Positions 29,223 through 39,227 of a stretch of DNA of 64,000 nt are shown one piece after another; the stretch's first letter is position 1, and every line of letters starts with the position of its first letter. Source of the DNA: a bacterium (GTDB taxonomy: Bacteria > Bdellovibrionota_C > UBA2361 > CALJRW01); NCBI GenBank assembly GCA_031385045.1, contig JANNBC010000052.1, positions 96,001-160,000 on the forward strand, read 5' to 3'. The notes beneath the pieces are model-generated. The model saw only the letters and a list, made by a program, of their open reading frames with translations. It ran no database searches and was not told the origin of the DNA. Made by a program: the position numbers and the translations under genes.

Positions 29223-30920
29223 ATGGCTGATTCATCTCAAGCTGCACCAAAAGGAAAGATTTTTGACTCCCGCTATCAAATTTTTGAGATAGTAGGTCGG
29301 GGTGCCAGCAGTGTTGTATATCGCGCCAAGCATGTTCTAAACGACGATAAAGAAATTGCCCTTAAAGTTTTACTGCCAAATAAAGGGAAAGAACATAACT
29401 CCGATTTATTACGTCACGAATCTTTAGCCTTAATTACTGCTCGCCATAAAAATGTTATTCGCTTAGAAGATTTCCGCTCGGTCGATTCCATTTGTTATTT
29501 AGCAATGGAGTATGCCCCGGAAGCTAACTTAAGTGTTTACTTCCAAAAACATGAGTCAAAGATTCCAGTTGCTCAAGCCGAAAGATTTTTCTTACAGATT
29601 ACCGAAGCCTTAGCTTTCCTTCATAATATTGGAATGTTGCACCGCGACATTAAGCCCGAAAATATTCTTGTTATTAATAATCGCCAAGTTCGTTTGTCAG
29701 ATTTTGGAGTAGCAACTCTTCCTGGGCAAACTACAACTTCGGATGAACTACAGAAAGGTGTGGGGACTTTAGATTACATGGCTCCCGAGATTTTTAAAGG
29801 TGAAGCTTCTGGCCCAGGTTCTGATGTTTATTCCTTAGCTTTAACTTTTTATGAAATTTTCTCGGGGCATCATCCTTTTAAAAATTTATCTTTAGCACAA
29901 GCAATGGATGCCAGAGAGCAAATGGCCATTGCTCCGTTACATGTTATTAATAAAGAAATTCCGGTTTATCTTTCCAAGGCAATTAGCATTGCTCTAGAAG
30001 TTGACTTAGAGAAGCGTTTTTACAATGCAATTGAGTTATTAAATTTTCTAAAAAATAAAGATCAAGGTGGGGAGGAGGAGGCTGTAGCTGATCCGCTAGG
30101 AGAGTTAGTGCAAGAAGTAAAAGCTGCTCCTGTACAAACCGTTGTAACTAGAAAAACACCAACTGAAAAGATTCAAGTAAAGCTTGCTCCAGAGCCAATT
30201 GTGACTGTTACTGAGTCAGAAGAAGAAGCTGAAAGTTGGGATGATTATGATGAAGATCAATTCGCTGATTTAGAAGATCTGATAGTGGAACCAGAAGTTA
30301 AGACTGCTTCTGAATATGTAGAAGTGACTCCGCATGAAGTTGTGGAAGATTTTTATGATGAGCTAGAAGATGAATCTCCTCAGGGTCATGCTGATCGAGA
30401 TACTCCAGCTAATTTTAATGACTTTAATTATCAGCAACAGATCTTACACGATCGTAAAACTCCACTTTGGCAGACCTTGTTGTTCTATGCGATTGCTATT
30501 GGTATTGGATATTTTGCCTACAATAGTTTCTTTGCTAATCCAGTAACTGAATCTGGAGAGGAACAAGTTGCGGAGTCCACCACTAGTACAACCGAAATGA
30601 ACTTCCCATTGTTACCTGCTGGTATTTATTCTGGAGCAATTAATGGTTTAACTTCTGCGGGAGCTACACCTTTAACGCTTATTTCTCTTCCTAATAGTAA
30701 TCAAATTGCAGTTTTAGTTGGTATCCCAGGATGGCAACCAGTGTTAATCGATGCTGAAACCTTAGAAGCTAAGGAGGCTAGTGGTTTACTAAGTGTTAAA
30801 TCAAATGGCATAGTTTTACATTTGCAAGGATCGGCTGTTGATGGAATAATCAGCGGTACATATAAAAATAATACTAATAATACTGAAGGCACATGGTCGA
30901 TCGCTCCAGCACAAAGTTAA
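29223..30920 (+). CDS. Membrane-anchored Hanks-type Ser/Thr protein kinase
   Basis: GRGASSVVY, ALK, HRDIKPEN, DFG, GTLDYMAPE, DVYS; acidic linker, one TM, extracytoplasmic C-terminus. Confidence 0.93.
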   Translation: MADSSQAAPKGKIFDSRYQIFEIVGRGASSVVYRAKHVLNDDKEIALKVLLPNKGKEHNSDLLRHESLALITARHKNVIRLEDFRSVDSICYLAMEYAPEANLSVYFQKHESKIPVAQAERFFLQITEALAFLHNIGMLHRDIKPENILVINNRQVRLSDFGVATLPGQTTTSDELQKGVGTLDYMAPEIFKGEASGPGSDVYSLALTFYEIFSGHHPFKNLSLAQAMDAREQMAIAPLHVINKEIPVYLSKAISIALEVDLEKRFYNAIELLNFLKNKDQGGEEEAVADPLGELVQEVKAAPVQTVVTRKTPTEKIQVKLAPEPIVTVTESEEEAESWDDYDEDQFADLEDLIVEPEVKTASEYVEVTPHEVVEDFYDELEDESPQGHADRDTPANFNDFNYQQQILHDRKTPLWQTLLFYAIAIGIGYFAYNSFFANPVTESGEEQVAESTTSTTEMNFPLLPAGIYSGAINGLTSAGATPLTLISLPNSNQIAVLVGIPGWQPVLIDAETLEAKEASGLLSVKSNGIVLHLQGSAVDGIISGTYKNNTNNTEGTWSIAPAQS

Positions 30921-31423
30921 TTTTAATTCTCGTCTTAATGTTTATCAGCAACACTGTGTTGGCTGATGTTCGTATCTTTAACTTAAATTCATACAAAGAA
31001 CTCCCTTCCGCAGGACAAAGTATGGAATTGTTTTTTGAAGTAGAGGCTGCAGCTGAAGGCGAAGAATATTATTTATTATCAAACCTTGATGACCAATCTA
31101 GTATGTTGAGCCCCGCAATTAAGGAGCCAATAGATACTGGTATTAAACTTCGCTTTGATTTACCAGCACCAATTTTAACTTTAAGTTATAGCTTAATTGT
31201 GAAGCGTGGCTTAGAAATAGTTGCCGGCAGTGATACAATTAAATTAGAGCGAGATTGCTTCCCAGTTTTAGGTGCTCCAACGGTAACAGTAGTTGATGCT
31301 ACTAGTAGCGAACAGGCCGAGACTCTTTTTCGTCAGGCTAAAAAATTAGAAAATGATTTTGCTAATTATTCACAGATCTTTTTTCAATTAGATCACTTAA
31401 AAGGTGTTTTAGAAAAAGAATAA
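30893..31423 (+). CDS. Hypothetical exported protein
   Basis: Signal peptide ending VLA; overlaps the kinase end. Confidence 0.65.
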   Translation: MVDRSSTKLILILVLMFISNTVLADVRIFNLNSYKELPSAGQSMELFFEVEAAAEGEEYYLLSNLDDQSSMLSPAIKEPIDTGIKLRFDLPAPILTLSYSLIVKRGLEIVAGSDTIKLERDCFPVLGAPTVTVVDATSSEQAETLFRQAKKLENDFANYSQIFFQLDHLKGVLEKE

Positions 31424-31426
31424 ACC

Positions 31427-31996
31427 ATGATTTTAAGACAGATTTTTATATTATTTATCTTAGCTAGTGGATTATCCGCTGAGATTATTGAGCTTAAGGC
31501 TAAGATTAATTTCTTACCAGAGAAATCAATTGGGATTATTTTTAATCAGGCTGGGACTAAGTACTATAATGAGACTAACATTAATGAAATAAAAAGCGGT
31601 GAAACGATTGTTAGTTTCCGAGTTAATGAGTATCCAGAAGATTCCTTTGCCAGTGCTTTAGTTCTTGGGAAAGAAGGGGAAGTCGCTTTTGCGTCAGTTC
31701 AAAAATTAGCTAATTTACAAGATTCCGCAGTTATTAATTTGCCTGAGTGTCGCGAGCCACTTTCAGAAGATTATACTCAGCAAAAAGGACTGCTAGAAGA
31801 GCTAGTTAAATTGCGAGTTCAAAGACAAGAGTTACAAAAATTAAAGTTAAAAGAATATCTTAAGCCTGAGCTAGTTACAGAGTTAATTGCCTTGGAGAAG
31901 AAATATGGGATTCAAGAAATCGAGTTAATTACACCAAATACTCCGCCAGAAGTTCTTAATCTTCGACTTTTTCGCTTAATTAATGCTATTAAATAG
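31427..31996 (+). CDS. Hypothetical exported protein
   Basis: Signal peptide MILRQIFILFILASGLSA; C-terminal coiled coil. Confidence 0.65.
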   Translation: MILRQIFILFILASGLSAEIIELKAKINFLPEKSIGIIFNQAGTKYYNETNINEIKSGETIVSFRVNEYPEDSFASALVLGKEGEVAFASVQKLANLQDSAVINLPECREPLSEDYTQQKGLLEELVKLRVQRQELQKLKLKEYLKPELVTELIALEKKYGIQEIELITPNTPPEVLNLRLFRLINAIK

Positions 31997-31998
31997 GG

Positions 31999-32943
31999 AT
32001 GACATTTCCCGATTTGCAGAGGATTAAAGATTCTCTAAGTTCCATATATCATTGTTTTGTATACTATTCTGAAGCTCCCGGAACTTTGCTGGAGGCATTA
32101 CAAAAAGAACTTCCTGAAATTGCAGCTGATAGTTGGGAGGAAAGAATGTCCTGGGGTGGTGTGTACATTAATGGCAAGGTTGCCTATCAGGACGTTCCCT
32201 TAAAGACTCCGATGAAGTTGGAGTACTATCAACCAAAAGTTCCAGTTGACGAACAAGCTAATTATTATCCAAAGTTTTCTAAAGATTGGATAATTTATGA
32301 AGATCCAGATTTATTAGTTTGCTTTAAGCCAGCGGGACTTTCTTGTCAGAAAGCTAAAGAACAACAGAAGATTAGTTTATATCAGTATCTAAGTGATCAT
32401 TATGGTCGACCAATTCATTTGCCGTCGCGCTTAGATTTTTCCACGTCCGGTTTAATTCTTTGTAGTCGTAATCCTGATACTCATGGGATTGTGCAGGAAC
32501 TTTTTGTGAGTCGCCAGATTGTTAAGAAATATTTATTAAAAATTTCTCAGCCCGTTGATTGGGAGGAGATTACTATTGAGCAAAGGATCGGACGAGATCC
32601 TCGGCATCCAGTATTGCGTAAAGTCGTAACGGATCGTGGGAAGCCGGCGCTTAGTGAATTTAAGTTGTTAGAAAAGGGGGCTGATTATTCAGCAATTATT
32701 GCCAAGCCTTATACAGGACGAACGCATCAACTTAGAGTGCATGCAAAATATGGGCTAGGAAGTGCTATTGTGGGGGATAATTTCTATTCTGGAGAAGAGA
32801 GTGATGAGCTTAATCTTTGTAGTTACTACTTAAAATTTACTCATCCAATTACTAACGAGGAATTAGAATTTATATTACCTGAGAATCTTATCCCAAATTG
32901 GGCGAAACAGAGTTGGATAGAGAAAATCAGAGCTACGAGTTAA
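31999..32943 (+). CDS. RluA/RluD-family pseudouridine synthase
   Basis: KPAGL, SRLDFSTSG (catalytic Asp), KKY, TGRTHQLRVH, IVGD, HP. Confidence 0.92.
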   Translation: MTFPDLQRIKDSLSSIYHCFVYYSEAPGTLLEALQKELPEIAADSWEERMSWGGVYINGKVAYQDVPLKTPMKLEYYQPKVPVDEQANYYPKFSKDWIIYEDPDLLVCFKPAGLSCQKAKEQQKISLYQYLSDHYGRPIHLPSRLDFSTSGLILCSRNPDTHGIVQELFVSRQIVKKYLLKISQPVDWEEITIEQRIGRDPRHPVLRKVVTDRGKPALSEFKLLEKGADYSAIIAKPYTGRTHQLRVHAKYGLGSAIVGDNFYSGEESDELNLCSYYLKFTHPITNEELEFILPENLIPNWAKQSWIEKIRATS

Positions 32944-33239
32944 GCAGCTTTTTTAGATTTCAATTCCTTTAAGTTCTTTTGTATTTGATCCAACTTTGTT
33001 TTTAAATCCTTTCGATTGTAGCCATTAGGAAATAAAATAAAGGAAGGGGAAACACCTAAAGCAGTCGCTAATATTATAGCTCTCTCCTCGCCAATTTTGG
33101 AAATGTCTCGTTCTATATTTGAAAGGTTTGGTATGGCCATACTAACAATGTTAGCCAAGGTTGATTGGCTCCACCCCTTTTTCTCGCGTAATTCGCGTAC
33201 GACTTGTCCTGGCGTTAAAATGATATGTTGAGTAGTCAT
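32940..33239 (-). CDS. HigA-like Xre/HTH antitoxin
   Basis: TPGQVVRELREKKGWSQSTLA...LSNIER helix-turn-helix; downstream of the toxin. Confidence 0.85.
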   Translation of the reverse strand: MTTQHIILTPGQVVRELREKKGWSQSTLANIVSMAIPNLSNIERDISKIGEERAIILATALGVSPSFILFPNGYNRKDLKTKLDQIQKNLKELKSKKAA

Positions 33240-33247
33240 ATTTATTC

Positions 33248-33535
33248 TTAATATTTATGGGGTGTGATTTTTAAGATGTTAATCACAGTAACTTTACTCT
33301 CCTGATCAACTGAATAAATTACCCTCCATTGTTTGTTCAGTCGACTTGAGCGATAGTCTGCTAATTCTCCTTGCAGTTTTTCATCGTGGTATCCTGGGAA
33401 ATCTAATAATATCGAGTGACCATGTTCAACGAGCAAATTGCACCAAATCTGATATTTTTTTATTAAATAATTTGGCATCCTTTTAATTTGCTTAAGAGAA
33501 GTCTTAGACTCAACTATTATTGTATCTTTAGTCAT
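33248..33535 (-). CDS. HigB/RelE-family mRNA interferase toxin
   Basis: PGYHDEKLQG...RSSRLNKQWRVIY...HKY; toxin-first gene order. Confidence 0.85.
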   Translation of the reverse strand: MTKDTIIVESKTSLKQIKRMPNYLIKKYQIWCNLLVEHGHSILLDFPGYHDEKLQGELADYRSSRLNKQWRVIYSVDQESKVTVINILKITPHKY

Positions 33536-33551
33536 CTTAGCAGATTTAATT

Positions 33552-33583
33552 TTATATTAAAATATAATTATACTAAAGTATAA
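33552..33583. promoter_or_regulatory. Two abutting 16-bp palindromes, probable HigA operators
   Basis: TTATATT-AA-AATATAA (33552-33567) and TTATACT-AA-AGTATAA (33568-33583) just upstream of the toxin start. Confidence 0.6.
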
Positions 33584-33875
33584 TAACTGTTCTACTCGGG
33601 TAATCTTTAGAAAATCAATATCGAAAAGAAAATGAAATTATTGTCCCTTACCTTGATTTAAAAATTTGATAGCAAGGGAAAAGGAGCTCTAGGGTGTTTA
33701 GGGAATTATTTCATTATTGATAAAAACATAGTAATTTCAACCTATTATTTGATTAAGGCGGTAGATTAATTGTTAAGTTTTAGTCCTTTTGTCTGATTTC
33801 CAAATTCTGGTAAAAACTCCTAAAATCGCCTATAAAATCCTACTCTAAATATTTTGTAATTTACTGTTTGATCTT

Positions 33876-35270
33876 ATGACAATCGAAAATAAAGATTTAA
33901 TCGTTCTTGGTGCTGGCCCTGGTGGTTACACTGCGGCAATTCGCGCTTCACAGTTAGGAAGAAAAGTTACCTTGATTGAAAAAGAAGCTCTTGGTGGTGT
34001 CTGTTTAAATTGGGGATGTATCCCATCTAAAGCCTTACTTCGCACAGCTCAGTTATATACAGATTTTAAACATGCCAAAGATTTTGGAATTAGCGTTGAG
34101 AATTTAAAATTTGATTTCTCGGCAATTATTGGGCGTTCTCGTGAAGTTGCCGCTAAGCTTAACGGTGGTGTTAAGTACCTAATGGGTAAGAATAAAGTTG
34201 AAACTATTTTTGGTACTGGGAAAATTTTACCTGGAAAAATTTTAGAAGTTAAAAGTTCTGAAGGAACTAAACAGTACAGCTTTAAAGATATTATTATTGC
34301 GACTGGTGGATCTCCTAGAACTATTCCTGGAGTGGAAATTGACGGGGAAGTGTTTCACACATCTAGAACAATCTTAGAAAATAAAAGATTACCACAGAAA
34401 ATGTTAGTAGTTGGTGCTGGCGCCATTGGGATTGAGTTCGCTTATTTCTTTAATGCCTTAGGTGTTCAAGTAACTGTAGCGGAGATGATGGATCAGATTT
34501 TGCCTCCAGAGGACACTGAAATTTCTAATGCCCTACAGAAAGTGCTTGTTAAGAATGGTATGATTATTAAAACTGGTGTGAAGATTGAGAATCTTAAGAA
34601 AGCGGGTAAGACGGTTACTGCTAGTATCATGAGTAACGGCCAAGAAGAGAAATGGAGTGGTGATTGTTGTTTAATTGCCGTTGGTGTTTTAGCTAATACT
34701 ACAAATATTGGTTTGGAAGAAGTCGGCATCAAGACTGATCGCGGATTTATTAAAGTTGATGGCTTCTTACAAACAAGCGTTCCAAATCACTTTGCAATTG
34801 GTGATATTATTGGGCCACCGCAATTAGCACACAAAGCTAGTCATGAAGGGATTATCGCGGCCGAAGCTGCTTCTGGAGTCGCTGAACATCCTATGGATTA
34901 TTCTAATATTCCTGGTTGTACTTATTGCCAACCTCAAGTTGCTTCAGTTGGGTTAACTGAGCGTGCAGTTAAGGAAAAAGGTATCGAGTATAATGTTGGA
35001 AAAATGCCATTCTCCGCAATCGGTAAAGCAATTGCCATTGGTGAAACTGATGGAATGGTTAAAGTTATTACTGATAAAACTACTGGAGAAGTTTTGGGAG
35101 TTCATATTCTGCATAGCGAAGCTACGGAGATGATTTCTGAAGCGGCAATTATTCGTTCGCATGAAGGTATTGCTGCCAGTGTTATTGAAACTATCCATCC
35201 GCACCCAACACTGGGAGAAGCCTTGATGGAAGCGATGGCGATAGCTGAAGGAAGACCGATCAACTTCTAA
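33876..35270 (+). CDS. lpdA: Dihydrolipoyl dehydrogenase (E3)
   Basis: GAGPGGY, GGVCLNWGCIPSK redox disulfide, GAGAIG, HPHPTLGE. Confidence 0.97.
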   Translation: MTIENKDLIVLGAGPGGYTAAIRASQLGRKVTLIEKEALGGVCLNWGCIPSKALLRTAQLYTDFKHAKDFGISVENLKFDFSAIIGRSREVAAKLNGGVKYLMGKNKVETIFGTGKILPGKILEVKSSEGTKQYSFKDIIIATGGSPRTIPGVEIDGEVFHTSRTILENKRLPQKMLVVGAGAIGIEFAYFFNALGVQVTVAEMMDQILPPEDTEISNALQKVLVKNGMIIKTGVKIENLKKAGKTVTASIMSNGQEEKWSGDCCLIAVGVLANTTNIGLEEVGIKTDRGFIKVDGFLQTSVPNHFAIGDIIGPPQLAHKASHEGIIAAEAASGVAEHPMDYSNIPGCTYCQPQVASVGLTERAVKEKGIEYNVGKMPFSAIGKAIAIGETDGMVKVITDKTTGEVLGVHILHSEATEMISEAAIIRSHEGIAASVIETIHPHPTLGEALMEAMAIAEGRPINF

Positions 35271-35299
35271 GAGTGATTGAAAATCACTCTTAGAAGTTG
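35261..35299. repeat. Perfect 18-bp hairpin over the lpdA stop
   Basis: CAACTTCTAAGAGTGATT-GAA-AATCACTCTTAGAAGTTG; no U-tract. Confidence 0.75.
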
Positions 35300-35393
35300 T
35301 CACGCCAAAGCCACAATCACCGAGAGGAAACTGTTTGGTGGTTGATGGCGACGGCGGATCGTCTGGAACAACAAGATTTTAGTTAGCAATCAA

Positions 35394-36065
35394 ATGATTA
35401 AAATCCTCCCCCTAGGCCTCAAAGACTACAAAGAAACCCGTGATCTCCAAAAAGATCTCCAACAAAAACTAATCGCTGGTGATCCTGACGACTATCTGAT
35501 TCTCTGTTCACATCCTGCTGTTATTACTCGCGGTAAAAGTTCCAAGGTAAACCAAGTCCTTGCTACAGAAGAGGAATTACAAAATCAAGAAATTTCAGTC
35601 TTAGAAGTTGAGCGAGGAGGAGAGACTACTTATCACGATCCTGGGCAAATTATTCTTTATCCAATTATTAATCTGAGTCGCTACAAAAAAGATGTTGCTT
35701 GGTATTTAAGACAACTAGAAGAAGTGATTATTCTTAGCTTACAAGAATACGGAGTTCGCGGGGTACGGATACAAGGCAAAACAGGAGTCTGGATTACTTC
35801 GGGTACAAAAGATTCTGATCGTAAAATTGCTTCATTGGGAGTGCGGATCTCTCGTTGGTGCACGATGCACGGCCTAGCTGTAAATATTTATAACGCCGAG
35901 AATTTCAAATGGATTGTTCCTTGTGGATTAGAAGGGGTGCAAATGACTGATCTGCTGACTGAAACTAGAGTTGATTCCAAGTTGTCAGCGGAACTTTTTG
36001 CTAAATTTCAAGAGAAGCTTGTCGCTAATTTTCAAAGAGTTTTTGCAGAGGATTCTTCCTTCTAG
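35394..36065 (+). CDS. lipB: Lipoyl(octanoyl) transferase
   Basis: HPAVIT, RGGETTYHDPGQ, TGVW, KIASLGV, HGLAVN, IVPCGL. Confidence 0.95.
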   Translation: MIKILPLGLKDYKETRDLQKDLQQKLIAGDPDDYLILCSHPAVITRGKSSKVNQVLATEEELQNQEISVLEVERGGETTYHDPGQIILYPIINLSRYKKDVAWYLRQLEEVIILSLQEYGVRGVRIQGKTGVWITSGTKDSDRKIASLGVRISRWCTMHGLAVNIYNAENFKWIVPCGLEGVQMTDLLTETRVDSKLSAELFAKFQEKLVANFQRVFAEDSSF

Positions 36066-36071
36066 CCGTGA

Positions 36072-36437
36072 ATATCTTTTAATACCACAAAGGTAGTTTC
36101 TTTCTGGGGTGGCAATATTAGTGGCAAATATCAAGGGCGTGATGTACTTTGCTATGCTGATCCTAACAGAATGCAGTTATTCATGAGTTCCAAAATAAGT
36201 GACAGCAAGAAGTTGAGCTCAAATAATATTAGATTTGCTTTGCCAAGTTTTTGGCCTAAAGTTACTAATGATTGCAAATGTAAAGATGGAATTGTTTATT
36301 ACAATACCTTCGGTTGGCGTTGCTACAATTTTTATCTCCAACAGATATCTCCCAAAGAGTTCCGTGAAATACTAAATAAGATGTCACTAGCTGCAGAATT
36401 ATTTACAAGTAATGGGCATAATGAATCTCAACTTTAA
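36072..36437 (+). pseudogene. 5'-truncated tandem paralog of the 36501-37061 gene
   Basis: Frame is open from 36072 and reads FWGGNISGKYQGRDVLCY...QLFM...FALPSFWPKV...EFREILNKM, matching the neighbour; lacks a start codon upstream of the homologous part and both TMs. Confidence 0.7.
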
Positions 36438-36500
36438 TATCTACTTAACGGAAGTAATTGTTTTTGGTATGCTTTAAGTAGCTTTTATCAAAATGAATTT

Positions 36501-37061
36501 ATGTCTAATATCGTTTTTCCTATTCTTATAGCCATACTTGGACTTAATGTTTTTATTTATTTCAAACGAAAACAGAATCTAAATACTTTAATGGAACAGT
36601 TAGAGAACCCAATTCAGAGTGGAAGTTTATTTTGGGGTGGAAGTATTAGGGGTAAGTATCAAGGTCGGGAAGTCTTATGTTATTCACATAGTAAGGCAAC
36701 ACAGTTATTTATGAATATTAGCTTTAATGTAAATCCTAATCTGAGTACAAAAAGTGTAATGTTTTCTTTGCCATCTTTTTGGCCAAAAGTTTCTAAGGAT
36801 TGTCATTATAAAGACGGACGTCTTTACTATGCAGGCTTTGGTATTTATGGACTAAGTTTCTACTATCGACAAATGTCAGCGAGTGAGTTCCGTGAAGTTT
36901 TAAATAAGATGGCTCGTTCTGCAGAAATTGTTGTGAAAGATGGGGAGGGTAGTAGCTATTCCTTAATCTCCAAAGAGAATTTCAACTTTAGGCTTTTATT
37001 AATTCCAGTAGTAGTATTTCTTATGGGAATTGTTGTTTTTCTGAAATTTCTAAACACTTAA
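36501..37061 (+). CDS. Hypothetical membrane protein (N- and C-terminal TM)
   Basis: Hydrophobic termini; paralogous to the upstream fragment. Confidence 0.75.
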   Translation: MSNIVFPILIAILGLNVFIYFKRKQNLNTLMEQLENPIQSGSLFWGGSIRGKYQGREVLCYSHSKATQLFMNISFNVNPNLSTKSVMFSLPSFWPKVSKDCHYKDGRLYYAGFGIYGLSFYYRQMSASEFREVLNKMARSAEIVVKDGEGSSYSLISKENFNFRLLLIPVVVFLMGIVVFLKFLNT

Positions 37062-37319
37062 GGAAATTTGAGTTCCTGAGGAGCTTGTGCCAAGAATTGA
37101 AAAACTTTCCAGGAGTGGACGCTTGGAGGATTGACTTTCGCTTAAATTTACCACTCTCCCATCATTTTTATGCCAGCTTTCTTATCATATACCTTTCAAA
37201 TCATCGAGTTTTACTAACTGCAGACAGGCATAATCTCCCGATTTGGAGAGCTTGAGGATTCTCTTCATAACTGATAATTTACCCTCCTAAATAGGTCTAA
37301 CTAATTATTTATAGAAAAA

Positions 37320-38645
37320 ATGAAAATCGACATGTTAATGCCCCAGATGGGCGAGTCAATCACAGAAGCAACTATTTCTAAATGGGTTAAAAAAGCTGGT
37401 GACTTTGTTAATAAAGACGAAACAATCTTAGAGATTACAACCGATAAAGTTGACTCCGAAATTCCAGCACCTGCTTCTGGTATTTTAACAGAAGTTTTGT
37501 ACGCCGAAGGGGATGTCGTCCCTGTTAAAAATAAAATTGCTGTAATTGATTCAGAAGGTAAGGCAGTAATAGCACCTGTTGATAAAAATATTACTGTTGA
37601 AAACAATGTTGCTGAACCTAAAAAAGTAGAAGCAGAGCCATTAGCGAGTAAGCCAGTCGTGATTGATGTGACTGAAGAGTCTGGTGATTCTAAGTTCTAT
37701 TCTCCATTAGTAAAAAGTTTAGCAGCTAAACATAATTTAAGTACGCCAGAGTTAGATTCGCTTCGTGGATCGGGCACCGCAGGTAGAGTTACAAAAGAAG
37801 ACATTCTTGATTATGTTGAGCGAAAAGCTAAACCACAAGTAGCAGCACCAGTTGTGACGCCAGTCTCAGCTCCGTCAACTCCAGTTACTCCAAAACCAGC
37901 AGTTTCAGCTAAGGCTGATTTGCCAACTAATCAATGGTTACCAGATGGCACTAAGCGAGTTCCAATGGATGGAATGAGACGAGCAATTGCTGATCACATG
38001 GTTAGGTCTAAACATACTAGTCCTCACGTTTACACTATACAGGAAGCTGATGTTAGTAAAATTTCTAAGTGGAGAGCAATTCATAAAGATGAATTTAAAA
38101 AGCGCGAAGGTTTTGGGTTAAGTTTTACTCCGTTCTTTTTAGAAGCAGCGGTAAAAGCCTTACAAGAGTTTCCTATTGTTAATGCTAGCATTGATGAGAA
38201 GACTATTGTTTATAAAAAAGATGTAAACTTAGGTTGCGCAGTTTCTATCGGTAACACAGGTTTAATCGTTCCAGTTATTAAAAAAGCTGATGAGCGTAAC
38301 TTAGTAGGTTTAGCTCGCGGGCTTAATGACTTAGCTTTAAAAGCTAGAGATAAAAAACTTACTCCAGATGAAGTTTCTGGTGGAACCTTTACAGTTACCA
38401 ATCCGGGAGTTTTTGGTACGATGATTGGAACTCCAATTATTAACCAACCACAATCTGCAATTCTATGTTTAGGAGCGATTGAGAAACGTCCAGTTGTTGT
38501 TGATGATATGATTGCCATTCGGGAGCGTTGTTACATCACGCTATCTTACGATCACCGAATTATTGATGGAGCAATTAGCGCGCAGTACTTGGCATTTATT
38601 TGCAATTACTTAGCTAATTGGGACATGGATCGCGGACTTTTTTAG
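37320..38645 (+). CDS. 2-oxoacid dehydrogenase E2 (SucB/BkdB-like dihydrolipoamide acyltransferase)
   Basis: MPQMGESITEAT...TDKVDSEIPAP lipoyl domain, FYSPLV E3-binding domain, YDHRIIDG; substrate specificity not resolvable. Confidence 0.9.
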   Translation: MKIDMLMPQMGESITEATISKWVKKAGDFVNKDETILEITTDKVDSEIPAPASGILTEVLYAEGDVVPVKNKIAVIDSEGKAVIAPVDKNITVENNVAEPKKVEAEPLASKPVVIDVTEESGDSKFYSPLVKSLAAKHNLSTPELDSLRGSGTAGRVTKEDILDYVERKAKPQVAAPVVTPVSAPSTPVTPKPAVSAKADLPTNQWLPDGTKRVPMDGMRRAIADHMVRSKHTSPHVYTIQEADVSKISKWRAIHKDEFKKREGFGLSFTPFFLEAAVKALQEFPIVNASIDEKTIVYKKDVNLGCAVSIGNTGLIVPVIKKADERNLVGLARGLNDLALKARDKKLTPDEVSGGTFTVTNPGVFGTMIGTPIINQPQSAILCLGAIEKRPVVVDDMIAIRERCYITLSYDHRIIDGAISAQYLAFICNYLANWDMDRGLF

Positions 38646-38675
38646 TCAACAAAATTTTAACATTTAAAGATCACA

Positions 38676-39227
38676 TTGAGAGTAATCGCTGGAATAGCTA
38701 AAGGTCGTCGTCTGGAATCAGCAGTGGGAGACGAGACTCGTCCCATCACTGATCGAGTGAAGGAAGCATTGTTTAATATCTTACTGCCGCATTTAGAGGA
38801 TGCGGTCTTCTTGGATCTTTTTGCAGGTACTGGTTCTGTTGGTATTGAAGCCTTAAGCCGAGGAGCTGCTAAGTGTTACTTTCTAGAGATTAATCGCAAG
38901 GCTTATGATGCCTGTCGAAAAAACATTGATCATTGTGGATTTTCTGGGCAGGGTGAGTTGCGGAATGCCGATGCCATCGCTTATTTAAAGTCAGCTAAAA
39001 AATCATTCGATGTAATTTTTATTGATCCACCACAGTTTAAGAATATGTGGTTAGAAGTTTTAAAGCTGATTGCTGAGCGACCAAATCTTTTAAATAATGA
39101 GGCGATGGTGATTGTTAAGATCCATCCTAAAGAATACGAAGAGTTCTCTTCTTCTACGCTAGAGGAGTATCGTGTTAGTAAGTATGGTAATAACACTTTA
39201 GTGTTTTACCGTTTAAAATCCCATTAA
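38676..39227 (+). CDS. rsmD: 16S rRNA (guanine966-N2)-methyltransferase
   Basis: MRVIAG...TRP..DRVKEALFN, LDLFAGTGSVGIEALSRGA, FIDPP. Confidence 0.93.
   Translation: MRVIAGIAKGRRLESAVGDETRPITDRVKEALFNILLPHLEDAVFLDLFAGTGSVGIEALSRGAAKCYFLEINRKAYDACRKNIDHCGFSGQGELRNADAIAYLKSAKKSFDVIFIDPPQFKNMWLEVLKLIAERPNLLNNEAMVIVKIHPKEYEEFSSSTLEEYRVSKYGNNTLVFYRLKSH

Noticed and set aside
37062..37255. About 60-codon open frame before the second E2 gene
   Set aside because: No ATG start, no RBS and no recognisable motif
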